Assembly (NCBI GenBank): GCA_964016885.1 | Contig: OZ024744.1 | Location: 104,160,001-104,224,000, forward strand | DNA: 64,000 nt | Source: Eledone cirrhosa | Lineage: Eukaryota | Direction of reading: 5' to 3' | Part shown: positions 44,085 through 58,910 of the stretch, piece by piece | Numbering within the stretch: position 1 is the first letter of the stretch | Layout: the number at the start of each line of letters is the position of its first letter | Made by a program: the position numbers and the translations under genes | The notes under the pieces: model-generated | What the model saw: only the letters and a program-made list of their open reading frames with translations | What the model was told of the DNA's origin: nothing | Database searches by the model: none

Positions 44085-47000
44085 AGCTCACAGAATATGG
44101 TTTATAACAGTTGAAGGTAGACTGTCTAGAGATGTATAGGAATGGATAGCTCACAGAATATGGTTTATAACAGTTGAAGGTAGACACTGTCTAGAGGTAT
44201 ACAGGAAGGGATAGCTTACAGAATATGGTTTATAACAGTTGAAGGTAGACTGTCTAGTGATGTATAGGAAGGGATAGCTCACAGAATATGGTTTATAACA
44301 GTTGAAGGTAGACTCTGTCTAGAGGTATATAGGAAGGGATAGCTCACAGAATATGGTTTATAACAGTTGAAAGTAGACTGTCTAGAGATATATAGGAAGG
44401 GATAGCTCACAGAATATGGTTTATGACAGTTGAAAGTAGACTGTCTAGAGATGTATAGGAAGGGATAGCTCACAGAATATGGTTTATAACAGTTGAAGGT
44501 AGACTGTCTAGAGATATATAGGAAGGGATAGCTCACAGAATATGGTTTATGACAGTTGAAAGTAGACTGTCTAGAGATGTATAGGAAGGGATAGCTCACA
44601 GAATATGGTTTATAACAGTTGAAGGTAGACTGTCTAGAGATATATAGGAAGGGATAGCTCACAGAATATGGTTTATGACAGTTGAAAGTAGACTGTCTAG
44701 AGATGTATAGGAAGGGATAGCTCACAGAATATGGTTTATAACAGTTGAAGGTAGACTGTCTAGAGATGTATAGGAAGGGATAGCTTACAGAATATGGTTT
44801 ATAACAGTTGAAGCTAGACTGTCTAGAGATGTATAGGAAGGGATAGCTCACAGAATATGGTTTATAACAGTTGAAGGTAGACTGTCTAGAGATGTATAGG
44901 AAGGGATAGCTCACAGAATATGGTTTATAACAGTTGAAGGTAGACTCTGTCTAGAGGTATATAGGAAGGGATAGCTCACAGAATATGGTTTATAAGAGTT
45001 GAAAGTAGAATGTGTAGAGATGTATAGGAAGGGATAGCTCACAGAATATGGTTTATAACAGTTGAAGGTAGACTGTCTAGAGGTATATAGGAAGGGATAG
45101 CTCACAGAATATGGTTTATGACAGTTGAAAGTAGACTGTCTAGAGATGTATAGGAAGGGATAGCTCACAGAATATGGTTTATAACAGTTGAAGGTAGACT
45201 GTCTAGAGATGTATAGGAAGGGATAGCTCACAGAATATGGTTTATAACAGTTGAAGGTAGACTCTGTCTATAGATATATAGGAAGGGATAGCTCACAGAT
45301 TATGGTTTATAACAGTTGAAAGTAGAATGTGTAGAGATGTATAGGAAGGGATAGCTCACAGAATATGGTTTATAACAGTTGAAGGTAGACTGTCTAGAGG
45401 TATATAGGAAGGGATAGCTTACAGAATATGGTTTATAACAGTTGAAGGTAGACACTGTCTAGAGGTATATAGGAAGGGATAGCTTACAGAATATGGTTTA
45501 TAACAGTTGAAGGTAGACTGTCTAGTGATGTATAGGAAGGGATAGCTCACAGAATATGGTTTATAACAGTTGAAGGTAGACTCTGTCTAGAGGTATATAG
45601 GAAGGGATAGCTCACAGAATATGGTTTATAACAGTTGAAAGTAGACTGTCTAGAGATATATAGGAAGGGATAGCTCACAGAATATGGTTTATGACAGTTG
45701 AAAGTAGACTGTCTAGAGATGTATAGGAAGGGATAGCTCACAGAATATGGTTTATAACAGTTGAAGGTAGACTGTCTAGAGATATATAGGAAGGGATAGC
45801 TCACAGAATATGGTTTATGACAGTTGAAAGTAGACTGTCTAGAGATGTATAGGAAGGGATAGCTCACAGAATATGGTTTATAACAGTTGAAGGTAGACTG
45901 TCTAGAGATATATAGGAAGGGATAGCTCACAGAATATGGTTTATGACAGTTGAAAGTAGACTGTCTAGAGATGTATAGGAAGGGATAGCTCACAGAATAT
46001 GGTTTATAACAGTTGAAGGTAGACTGTCTAGAGATGTATAGGAAGGGATAGCTTACAGAATATGGTTTATAACAGTTGAAGGTAGACTGTCTAGAGATGT
46101 ATAGGAAGGGATAGCTCACAGAATATGGTTTATAACAGTTGAAGGTAGACTGTCTAGAGATGTATAGGAAGGGATAGCTCACAGAATATGGTTTATAACA
46201 GTTGAAGGTAGACTCTGTCTAGAGGTATATAGGAAGGGATAGCTCACAGAATATGGTTTATAAGAGTTGCAGGTAGACTGTATAGAGGTGTAGGGGAAGG
46301 GATAACTTACATAATATGGTTTATAACAATTTAAGGTAGACTGTCTAGAGGTATATAGGAAGGGATAGCTCACAGAATATGGTTTATAACAGTTGAAGGT
46401 AGACTGTCTAGAGATCTATAGGAAGGGATAGCTCACAGAATATGGTTTATAACAGTTGAAAGTAGACTGTCTAGAGGTGTAGGGGAAAGGATAACTTACA
46501 TAATATGGTTTATAACAGTTTCAGGTAGACTGTCTAGAGGTATATAGGAAGGGATAGCTGACAGGATATGGTTTATAACAGTTGAAGGTAGAATGTCGAG
46601 AGATATATAGGTTGGGATAGCTTACAGAATAAGGTTTATAACAGTTGAAAGTAGACTGTCTAGAGATATACAGGAAGGGATAGCTGACAGAATATGGTTT
46701 ATAACAGTTGAAGGTAGACTCTGTCTAGAGATATATAGGAAGGGATAGCTCACAGAATATGGTTTATAACAGTTGAAGGTAGACTGTCTAGAGATGTATA
46801 GGAATGGATAGCTCACAGAATATGGTTTATAACAGTTGAAGGTAGACACTGTCTAGAGGTATATAGGAAGGGATAGCTTACAGAATATGGTTTATAACAG
46901 TTGAAGGTAGACTGTCTAGTGATGTATAGGAAGGGATAGCTCACAGAATATGGTTTATAACAGTTGAAGGTAGACTCTGTCTAGAGGTATATAGGAAGGG

Positions 47001-49425
47001 ATAGCTCACAGAATATGGTTTATAACAGTTGAAAGTAGACTGTCTAGAGATATATAGGAAGGGATAGCTCACAGAATATGGTTTATGACAGTTGAAAGTA
47101 GACTGTCTAGAGATGTATAGGAAGGGATAGCTCACAGAATATGGTTTATAACAGTTGAAGGTAGACTGTCTAGAGATATATAGGAAGGGATAGCTCACAG
47201 AATATGGTTTATGACAGTTGAAAGTAGACTGTCTAGAGATGTATAGGAAGGGATAGCTCACAGAATATGGTTTATAACAGTTGAAGGTAGACTGTCTAGA
47301 GATATATAGGAAGGGATAGCTCACAGAATATGGTTTATGACAGTTGAAAGTAGACTGTCTAGAGATGTATAGGAAGGGATAGCTCACAGAATATGGTTTA
47401 TAACAGTTGAAGGTAGACTGTCTAGAGATGTATAGGAAGGGATAGCTTACAGAATATGGTTTATAACAGTTGAAGCTAGACTGTCTAGAGATGTATAGGA
47501 AGGGATAGCTCACAGAATATGGTTTATAACAGTTGAAGGTAGACTGTCTAGAGATGTATAGGAAGGGATAGCTCACAGAATATGGTTTATAACAGTTGAA
47601 GGTAGACTCTGTCTAGAGGTATATAGGAAGGGATAGCTCACAGAATATGGTTTATAAGAGTTGAAAGTAGAATGTGTAGAGATGTATAGGAAGGGATAGC
47701 TCACAGAATATGGTTTATAACAGTTGAAGGTAGACTGTCTAGAGGTATATAGGAAGGGATAGCTCACAGAATATGGTTTATGACAGTTGAAAGTAGACTG
47801 TCTAGAGATGTATAGGAAGGGATAGCTCACAGAATATGGTTTATAACAGTTGAAGGTAGACTGTCTAGAGATGTATAGGAAGGGATAGCTCACAGAATAT
47901 GGTTTATAACAGTTGAAGGTAGACTCTGTCTAGAGATATATAGGAAGGGATAGCTCACAGATTATGGTTTATAACAGTTGAAAGTAGAATGTGTAGAGAT
48001 GTATAGGAAGGGATAGCTCACAGAATATGGTTTATAACAGTTGAAGGTAGACTGTCTAGAGGTATATAGGAAGGGATAGCTTACAGAATATGGTTTATAA
48101 CAGTTGAAGGTAGACACTGTCTAGAGGTATATAGGAAGGGATAGCTTACAGAATATGGTTTATAACAGTTGAAGGTAGACTGTCTAGTGATGTATAGGAA
48201 GGGATAGCTCACAGAATATGGTTTATAACAGTTGAAGGTAGACTCTGTCTAGAGGTATATAGGAAGGGATAGCTCACAGAATATGGTTTATAACAGTTGA
48301 AAGTAGACTGTCTAGAGATATATAGGAAGGGATAGCTCACAGAATATGGTTTATGACAGTTGAAAGTAGACTGTCTAGAGATGTATAGGAAGGGATAGCT
48401 CACAGAATATGGTTTATAACAGTTGAAGGTAGACTGTCTAGAGATATATAGGAAGGGATAGCTCACAGAATATGGTTTATGACAGTTGAAAGTAGACTGT
48501 CTAGAGATGTATAGGAAGGGATAGCTCACAGAATATGGTTTATAACAGTTGAAGGTAGACTGTCTAGAGATATATAGGAAGGGATAGCTCACAGAATATG
48601 GTTTATGACAGTTGAAAGTAGACTGTCTAGAGATGTATAGGAAGGGATAGCTCACAGAATATGGTTTATAACAGTTGAAGGTAGACTGTCTAGAGATGTA
48701 TAGGAAGGGATAGCTTACAGAATATGGTTTATAACAGTTGAAGGTAGACTGTCTAGAGATGTATAGGAAGGGATAGCTCACAGAATATGGTTTATAACAG
48801 TTGAAGGTAGACTGTCTAGAGATGTATAGGAAGGGATAGCTCACAGAATATGGTTTATAACAGTTGAAGGTAGACTCTGTCTAGAGGTATATAGGAAGGG
48901 ATAGCTCACAGAATATGGTTTATAAGAGTTGCAGGTAGACTGTATAGAGGTGTAGGGGAAGGGATAACTTACATAATATGGTTTATAACAATTTAAGGTA
49001 GACTGTCTAGAGGTATATAGGAAGGGATAGCTCACAGAATATGGTTTATAACAGTTGAAGGTAGACTGTCTAGAGATCTATAGGAAGGGATAGCTCACAG
49101 AATATGGTTTATAACAGTTGAAAGTAGACTGTCTAGAGGTGTAGGGGAAAGGATAACTTACATAATATGGTTTATAACAGTTTCAGGTAGACTGTCTAGA
49201 GGTATATAGGAAGGGATAGCTGACAGGATATGGTTTATAACAGTTGAAGGTAGAATGTCGAGAGATATATAGGTTGGGATAGCTTACAGAATAAGGTTTA
49301 TAACAGTTGAAAGTAGACTGTCTAGAGATATACAGGAAGGGATAGCTGACAGAATATGGTTTATAACAGTTGAAGGTAGACTCTGTCTAGAGATATATAG
49401 GAAGGGATAGCTCACAGAATATGGT
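44085..49425. repeat. Tandem duplication, period 2662 bp (~42 monomers), with a nested 1268-bp sub-repeat
   Basis: ORF pairs 44279/46941, 44911/47573, 45547/48209, 46179/48841 and 46622/49284 are offset by 2662. Pair 44279/45547 is offset by 1268. Confidence 0.9.
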
Positions 49426-51169
49426 TTATGACAATTGAAGGTAGACTGTCTAGAGGTATATAGGAAGGGATAGCTCACAGAATATGGTTTATAACAGTTG
49501 AAGGTAGAATGTTTAGAGATATATAGGATGGGATAGCTTACAGAATATGGTTTATAACAGTTGAAGGTAGACTGTCTAGAGGTATATAGGATGGGATAGC
49601 TCACAGAATATGGTTTATAACAGTTGAAGGTAGAATGTCTAGAGATATATAGGATGGGATAGGTTTCAGAATATGGTTTATAACAGTTGAAGGTAGACTG
49701 TCTAGAGATATATAGGAAGGGATAGCTCACAGATTATGGTTTATAACAGTTGAAAGTAGAATGTGTAGAGATGTATAGGAAGGGATAGCTCACAGAATAT
49801 GGTTTATAACAGTTGAAGGTAGACTGTCTAGAGATGTATAGGAAGGGATAGCTTACAGAATATGGTTTAAAACAGTTGAAGGTAGACTGTCTAGAGATGT
49901 ATAGGGTGGGATAGGTTACAGAATATGGTTTATAACAGTTGAAGGTAGACTGTCTAGAGATATATAGGAAGGGATAGCTCACAGATTATGGTTTATAACA
50001 GTTGAAAGTAGAATGTGTAGAGATGTATAGGAAGGGATAGCTCACAGAATATGGTTTATAACAGTTGAAGGTAGACTGTCTAGAGATGTATAGGAAGGGA
50101 TAGCTTACAGAATATGGTTTAAAACAGTTGAAGGTAGACTGTCTAGAGATGTATAGGGTGGGATAGGTTACAGAATATGGTTTATAACAGTTGAAGGTAG
50201 ACTGTCTAGAGGTATATAGGAAGGGATAGCTTACAGAATATGGTTTATAACAGTTGAAGGTAGACTGTCTAGAGGTATATAGGAAGGGATAGCTCACAGA
50301 ATATGGTTTATAACAGTTGAAGGTAGACTGTCTAGAGATGTATAGGAAGGGATAGCTCACAGAATATGGTTTATAACAGTTGAAGGTAGACACTGTCTAG
50401 AGGTATATAGGAAGGGATAGCTTACAGAATATGGTTTATAACAGTTGAAGGTAGACTGTCTAGTGATGTATAGGAAGGGATAGCTCACAGAATATGGTTT
50501 ATAACAGTTGAAGGTAGACTCTGTCTAGAGGTATATAGGAAGGGATAGCTCACAGAATATGGTTTATAACAGTTGAAAGTAGACTGTCTAGAGATATATA
50601 GGAAGGGATAGCTCACAGAATATGGTTTATGACAGTTGAAAGTAGACTGTCTAGAGATGTATAGGAAGGGATAGCTCACAGAATATGGTTTATAACAGTT
50701 GAAGGTAGACTGTCTAGAGATATATAGGAAGGGATAGCTCACAGAATATGGTTTATGACAGTTGAAAGTAGACTGTCTAGAGATGTATAGGAAGGGATAG
50801 CTCACAGAATATGGTTTATAACAGTTGAAGGTAGACTGTCTAGAGATATATAGGAAGGGATAGCTCACAGAATATGGTTTATGACAGTTGAAAGTAGACT
50901 GTCTAGAGATGTATAGGAAGGGATAGCTCACAGAATATGGTTTATAACAGTTGAAGGTAGACTGTCTAGAGATGTATAGGAAGGGATAGCTTACAGAATA
51001 TGGTTTATAACAGTTGAAGGTAGACTGTCTAGAGATGTATAGGAAGGGATAGCTCACAGAATATGGTTTATAACAGTTGAAGGTAGACTGTCTAGAGATG
51101 TATAGGAAGGGATAGCTCACAGAATATGGTTTATAACAGTTGAAGGTAGACTCTGTCTAGAGGTATATA

Positions 51170-54100
51170 GGAAGGGATAGCTCACAGAATATGGTTTATA
51201 AGAGTTGCAGGTAGACTGTATAGAGGTGTAGGGGAAGGGATAACTTACATAATATGGTTTATAACAATTTAAGGTAGACTGTCTAGAGGTATATAGGAAG
51301 GGATAGCTCACAGAATATGGTTTATAACAGTTGAAGGTAGAATGTCGAGAGATATATAGGTTGGGATAGCTTACAGAATAAGGTTTATAACAGTTGAAAG
51401 TAGACTGTCTAGAGATATACAGGAAGGGATAGCTGACAGAATATGGTTTATAACAGTTGAAGGTAGACTCTGTCTAGAGATATATAGGAAGGGATAGCTC
51501 ACAGAATATGGTTTATGACAGTTGAAGGTAGACTGTCTAGAGGTATATAGGAAGGGATAGCTCACAGAATATGGTTTATAACAGTTGAAGGTAGAATGTT
51601 TAGAGATATATAGGATGGGATAGCTTACAGAATATGGTTTATAACAGTTGAAGGTAGACTGTCTAGAGGTATATAGGATGGGATAGCTCACAGAATATGG
51701 TTTATAACAGTTGAAGGTAGAATGTCTAGAGATATATAGGATGGGATAGGTTTCAGAATATGGTTTATAACAGTTGAAGGTAGACTGTCTAGAGATATAT
51801 AGGAAGGGATAGCTCACAGATTATGGTTTATAACAGTTGAAAGTAGAATGTGTAGAGATGTATAGGAAGGGATAGCTCACAGAATATGGTTTATAACAGT
51901 TGAAGGTAGACTGTCTAGAGATGTATAGGAAGGGATAGCTTACAGAATGTGGTTTAAAACAGTTGAAGGTAGACTGTCTAGAGATGTATAGGGTGGGATA
52001 GGTTACAGAATATGGTTTATAACAGTTGAAGGTAGACTGTCTAGAGGTATATAGGAAGGGATAGCTTACAGAATATGGTTTATAACAGTTGAAGGTAGAC
52101 TGTCTAGAGGTATATAGGAAGGGATAGCTCACAGAATATGGTTTATAACAGTTGAAGGTAGACTGTCTAGAGATGTATAGGAATGGATAGCTCACAGAAT
52201 ATGGTTTATAACAGTTGAAGGTAGACGCTGTCTAGAGGTATATAGGAAGGGATAGCTTACAGAATATGGTTTATAACAGTTGAAGGTAGACTGTCTAGTG
52301 ATGTATAGGAAGGGATAGCTCACAGAATATGGTTTATAACAGTTGAAGTTAGAATGTCTAGAGATCTATAGGAAGGGATAGCTCACAGAATATGGTTTAT
52401 AACAGTTGAAGGTAGACTTTCTACAGATATATAGGAAGGGATAGCTCACAGAATATGGTTTATAACAGTTGAAGGTAGACTGTCTAGAGATATATAGGAA
52501 GGGATAGCTCACAGAATATGGTTTATGACAGTTGAAAGTAGACTGTCTAGAGATGTATAGGAAGGGATAGCTCACAGAATATGGTTTATAACAGTTGAAG
52601 GTAGACTGTCTAGAGATATATAGGAAGGGATAGCTCACAGAATATGGTTTATGACAGTTGAAAGTAGACTGTCTAGAGATGTATAGGAAGGGATAGCTCA
52701 CAGAATATGGTTTATAACAGTTGAAGGTAGACTGTCTAGAGATGTATAGGAAGGGATAGCTTACAGAATATGGTTTATAACAGTTGAAGGTAGACTGTCT
52801 AGAGATGTATAGGAAGGGATAGCTCACAGAATATGGTTTATAACAGTTGAAGGTAGACTGTCTAGAGATGTATAGGAAGGGATAGCTCACAGAATATGGT
52901 TTATAACAGTTGAAGGTAGACGCTGTCTAGAGGTATATAGGAAGGGATAGCTTACAGAATATGGTTTATAACAGTTGAAGGTAGACTGTCTAGTGATGTA
53001 TAGGAAGGGATAGCTCACAGAATATGGTTTGTAACAGTTGAAGGTAGACTCTGTCTAGAGGTATATAGGAAGGGATAGCTCACAGAATATGGTTTATAAG
53101 AGTTGCAGGTAGACTGTATAGAGGTGTAGGGGAAGGGATAACTTACATAATATGGTTTATAACAATTTAAGGTAGACTGTCTAGAGGTATATAGGAAGGG
53201 ATAGCTCACAGAATATGGTTTATAACAGTTGAAGGTAGACTGTCTAGAGATCTATAGGAAGGGATAGCTCACAGAATATGGTTTATAACAGTTGAAAGTA
53301 GACTGTCTAGAGGTGTAGGGGAAGGGATAACTTACATAATATGGTTTATAACAGTTTCAGGTAGACTGTCTAGAGATGTATAGGAAGGGATAGCTGACAG
53401 GATATGGTTTATAACAGTTGAAGGTAGAATGTCGAGAGATATATAGGTTGGGATAGCTTACAGAATAAGGTTTATAACAGTTGAAAGTAGACTGTCTAGA
53501 GATATACAGGAAGGGATAGCTGACAGAATATGGTTTATAACAGTTGAAGGTAGACTCTGTCTAGAGATATATAGGAAGGGATAGCTCACAGAATATGGTT
53601 TATGACAGTTGAAGGTAGACTGTCTAGAGGTATATAGGAAGGGATAGCTCACAGAATATGGTTTATAACAGTTGAAGGTAGAATGTTTAGAGATATATAG
53701 GATGGGATAGCTTACAGAATATGGTTTATAACAGTTGAAGGTAGACTGTCTAGAGGTATATAGGATGGGATAGCTCACAGAATATGGTTTATAACAGTTG
53801 AAGGTAGAATGTCTAGAGATATATAGGATGGGATAGGTTTCAGAATATGGTTTATAACAGTTGAAGGTAGACTGTCTAGAGATATATAGGAAGGGATAGC
53901 TCACAGATTATGGTTTATAACAGTTGAAAGTAGAATGTGTAGAGATGTATAGGAAGGGATAGCTCACAGAATATGGTTTATAACAGTTGAAGGTAGACTG
54001 TCTAGAGATGTATAGGAAGGGATAGCTTACAGAATATGGTTTAAAACAGTTGAAGGTAGACTGTCTAGAGATGTATAGGGTGGGATAGGTTACAGAATAT

Positions 54101-57100
54101 GGTTTATAACAGTTGAAGGTAGACTGTCTAGAGGTATATAGGAAGGGATAGCTTACAGAATATGGTTTATAACAGTTGAAGGTAGACTGTCTAGAGGTAT
54201 ATAGGAAGGGATAGCTCACAGAATATGGTTTATAACAGTTGAAGGTAGACTGTCTAGAGATGTATAGGAATGGATAGCTCACAGAATATGGTTTATAACA
54301 GTTGAAGGTAGACGCTGTCTAGAGGTATATAGGAAGGGATAGCTTACAGAATATGGTTTATAACAGTTGAAGGTAGACTGTCTAGTGATGTATAGGAAGG
54401 GATAGCTCACAGAATATGGTTTATAACAGTTGAAGGTAGACTCTGTCTAGAGGTATATAGGAAGGGATAGCTCACAGAATATGGTTTATAACAGTTGAAG
54501 TTAGAATGTCTAGAGATCTATAGGAAGGGATAGCTCACAGAATATGGTTTATAACAGTTGAAGGTAGACTTTCTACAGATATATAGGAAGGGATAGCTCA
54601 CAGAATATGGTTTATAACAGTTGAAGGTAGACTGTCTAGAGATATATAGGAAGGGATAGCTCACAGAATATGGTTTATGACAGTTGAAAGTAGACTGTCT
54701 AGAGATGTATAGGAAGGGATAGCTCACAGAATATGGTTTATAACAGTTGAAGGTAGACTGTCTAGAGATATATAGGAAGGGATAGCTCACAGAATATGGT
54801 TTATGACAGTTGAAAGTAGACTGTCTAGAGATGTATAGGAAGGGATAGCTCACAGAATATGGTTTATAACAGTTGAAGGTAGACTGTCTAGAGATGTATA
54901 GGAAGGGATAGCTTACAGAATATGGTTTATAACAGTTGAAGGTAGACTGTCTAGAGATGTATAGGAAGGGATAGCTCACAGAATATGGTTTATAACAGTT
55001 GAAGGTAGACTGTCTAGAGATGTATAGGAAGGGATAGCTCACAGAATATGGTTTATAAGAGTTGCAGGTAGACTGTATAGAGGTGTAGGGGAAGGGATAA
55101 CATACATAATATGGTTTATAACAATTTAAGGTAGACTGTCTAGAGGTATATAGGAAGGGATAGCTCACAGAATATGGTTTATAACAGTTGAAGGTAGAAT
55201 GTCGAGAGATATATAGGTTGGGATAGCTTACAGAATAAGGTTTATAACAGTTGAAAGTAGACTGTCTAGAGATATACAGGAAGGGATAGCTGACAGAATA
55301 TGGTTTATAACAGTTGAAGGTAGACTCTGTCTAGAGATATATAGGAAGGGATAGCTCACAGAATATGGTTTATGACAGTTGAAGGTAGACTGTCTAGAGG
55401 TATATAGGAAGGGATAGCTCACAGAATATGGTTTATAACAGTTGAAGGTAGAATGTTTAGAGATATATAGGATGGGATAGCTTACAGAATATGGTTTATA
55501 ACAGTTGAAGGTAGACTGTCTAGAGGTATATAGGATGGGATAGCTCACAGAATATGGTTTATAACAGTTGAAGGTAGAATGTCTAGAGATATATAGGATG
55601 GGATAGGTTTCAGAATATGGTTTATAACAGTTGAAGGTAGACTGTCTAGAGATATATAGGAAGGGATAGCTCACAGATTATGGTTTATAACAGTTGAAAG
55701 TAGAATGTGTAGAGATGTATAGGAAGGGATAGCTCACAGAATATGGTTTATAACAGTTGAAGGTAGACTGTCTAGAGATGTATAGGAAGGGATAGCTTAC
55801 AGAATGTGGTTTAAAACAGTTGAAGGTAGACTGTCTAGAGATGTATAGGGTGGGATAGGTTACAGAATATGGTTTATAACAGTTGAAGGTAGACTGTCTA
55901 GAGGTATATAGGAAGGGATAGCTTACAGAATATGGTTTATAACAGTTGAAGGTAGACTGTCTAGAGGTATATAGGAAGGGATAGCTCACAGAATATGGTT
56001 TATAACAGTTGAAGGTAGACTGTCTAGAGATGTATAGGAATGGATAGCTCACAGAATATGGTTTATAACAGTTGAAGGTAGACGCTGTCTAGAGGTATAT
56101 AGGAAGGGATAGCTTACAGAATATGGTTTATAACAGTTGAAGGTAGACTGTCTAGTGATGTATAGGAAGGGATAGCTCACAGAATATGGTTTATAACAGT
56201 TGAAGTTAGAATGTCTAGAGATCTATAGGAAGGGATAGCTCACAGAATATGGTTTATAACAGTTGAAGGTAGACTTTCTACAGATATATAGGAAGGGATA
56301 GCTCACAGAATATGGTTTATAACAGTTGAAGGTAGACTGTCTAGAGATATATAGGAAGGGATAGCTCACAGAATATGGTTTATGACAGTTGAAAGTAGAC
56401 TGTCTAGAGATGTATAGGAAGGGATAGCTCACAGAATATGGTTTATAACAGTTGAAGGTAGACTGTCTAGAGATATATAGGAAGGGATAGCTCACAGAAT
56501 ATGGTTTATGACAGTTGAAAGTAGACTGTCTAGAGATGTATAGGAAGGGATAGCTCACAGAATATGGTTTATAACAGTTGAAGGTAGACTGTCTAGAGAT
56601 GTATAGGAAGGGATAGCTTACAGAATATGGTTTATAACAGTTGAAGGTAGACTGTCTAGAGATGTATAGGAAGGGATAGCTCACAGAATATGGTTTATAA
56701 CAGTTGAAGGTAGACTGTCTAGAGATGTATAGGAAGGGATAGCTCACAGAATATGGTTTATAACAGTTGAAGGTAGACGCTGTCTAGAGGTATATAGGAA
56801 GGGATAGCTTACAGAATATGGTTTATAACAGTTGAAGGTAGACTGTCTAGTGATGTATAGGAAGGGATAGCTCACAGAATATGGTTTGTAACAGTTGAAG
56901 GTAGACTCTGTCTAGAGGTATATAGGAAGGGATAGCTCACAGAATATGGTTTATAAGAGTTGCAGGTAGACTGTATAGAGGTGTAGGGGAAGGGATAACT
57001 TACATAATATGGTTTATAACAATTTAAGGTAGACTGTCTAGAGGTATATAGGAAGGGATAGCTCACAGAATATGGTTTATAACAGTTGAAGGTAGACTGT

Positions 57101-58910
57101 CTAGAGATCTATAGGAAGGGATAGCTCACAGAATATGGTTTATAACAGTTGAAAGTAGACTGTCTAGAGGTGTAGGGGAAGGGATAACTTACATAATATG
57201 GTTTATAACAGTTTCAGGTAGACTGTCTAGAGATGTATAGGAAGGGATAGCTGACAGGATATGGTTTATAACAGTTGAAGGTAGAATGTCGAGAGATATA
57301 TAGGTTGGGATAGCTTACAGAATAAGGTTTATAACAGTTGAAAGTAGACTGTCTAGAGATATACAGGAAGGGATAGCTGACAGAATATGGTTTATAACAG
57401 TTGAAGGTAGACTCTGTCTAGAGATATATAGGAAGGGATAGCTCACAGAATATGGTTTATGACAGTTGAAGGTAGACTGTCTAGAGGTATATAGGAAGGG
57501 ATAGCTCACAGAATATGGTTTATAACAGTTGAAGGTAGAATGTTTAGAGATATATAGGATGGGATAGCTTACAGAATATGGTTTATAACAGTTGAAGGTA
57601 GACTGTCTAGAGGTATATAGGATGGGATAGCTCACAGAATATGGTTTATAACAGTTGAAGGTAGAATGTCTAGAGATATATAGGATGGGATAGGTTTCAG
57701 AATATGGTTTATAACAGTTGAAGGTAGACTGTCTAGAGATATATAGGAAGGGATAGCTCACAGATTATGGTTTATAACAGTTGAAAGTAGAATGTGTAGA
57801 GATGTATAGGAAGGGATAGCTCACAGAATATGGTTTATAACAGTTGAAGGTAGACTGTCTAGAGATGTATAGGAAGGGATAGCTTACAGAATATGGTTTA
57901 AAACAGTTGAAGGTAGACTGTCTAGAGATGTATAGGGTGGGATAGGTTACAGAATATGGTTTATAACAGTTGAAGGTAGACTGTCTAGAGGTATATAGGA
58001 AGGGATAGCTTACAGAATATGGTTTATAACAGTTGAAGGTAGACTGTCTAGAGGTATATAGGAAGGGATAGCTCACAGAATATGGTTTATAACAGTTGAA
58101 GGTAGACTGTCTAGAGATGTATAGGAATGGATAGCTCACAGAATATGGTTTATAACAGTTGAAGGTAGACGCTGTCTAGAGGTATATAGGAAGGGATAGC
58201 TTACAGAATATGGTTTATAACAGTTGAAGGTAGACTGTCTAGTGATGTATAGGAAGGGATAGCTCACAGAATATGGTTTATAACAGTTGAAGGTAGACTC
58301 TGTCTAGAGGTATATAGGAAGGGATAGCTCACAGAATATGGTTTATAACAGTTGAAGTTAGAATGTCTAGAGATCTATAGGAAGGGATAGCTCACAGAAT
58401 ATGGTTTATAACAGTTGAAGGTAGACTTTCTACAGATATATAGGAAGGGATAGCTCACAGAATATGGTTTATAACAGTTGAAGGTAGACTGTCTAGAGAT
58501 ATATAGGAAGGGATAGCTCACAGAATATGGTTTATGACAGTTGAAAGTAGACTGTCTAGAGATGTATAGGAAGGGATAGCTCACAGAATATGGTTTATAA
58601 CAGTTGAAGGTAGACTGTCTAGAGATATATAGGAAGGGATAGCTCACAGAATATGGTTTATGACAGTTGAAAGTAGACTGTCTAGAGATGTATAGGAAGG
58701 GATAGCTCACAGAATATGGTTTATAACAGTTGAAGGTAGACTGTCTAGAGATGTATAGGAAGGGATAGCTTACAGAATATGGTTTATAACAGTTGAAGGT
58801 AGACTGTCTAGAGATGTATAGGAAGGGATAGCTCACAGAATATGGTTTATAACAGTTGAAGGTAGACTGTCTAGAGATGTATAGGAAGGGATAGCTCACA
58901 GAATATGGTT
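51170..58910. repeat. Tandem duplication, period 3857 bp (~61 monomers = 2087 + 1770 sub-units)
   Basis: ORF pairs 51371/55228, 51821/55678 (both with the private FKPH variant), 52366/56223, 53015/56872, 53458/57315, 53908/57765 and 54518/58375 are all offset by 3857. Confidence 0.92.
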
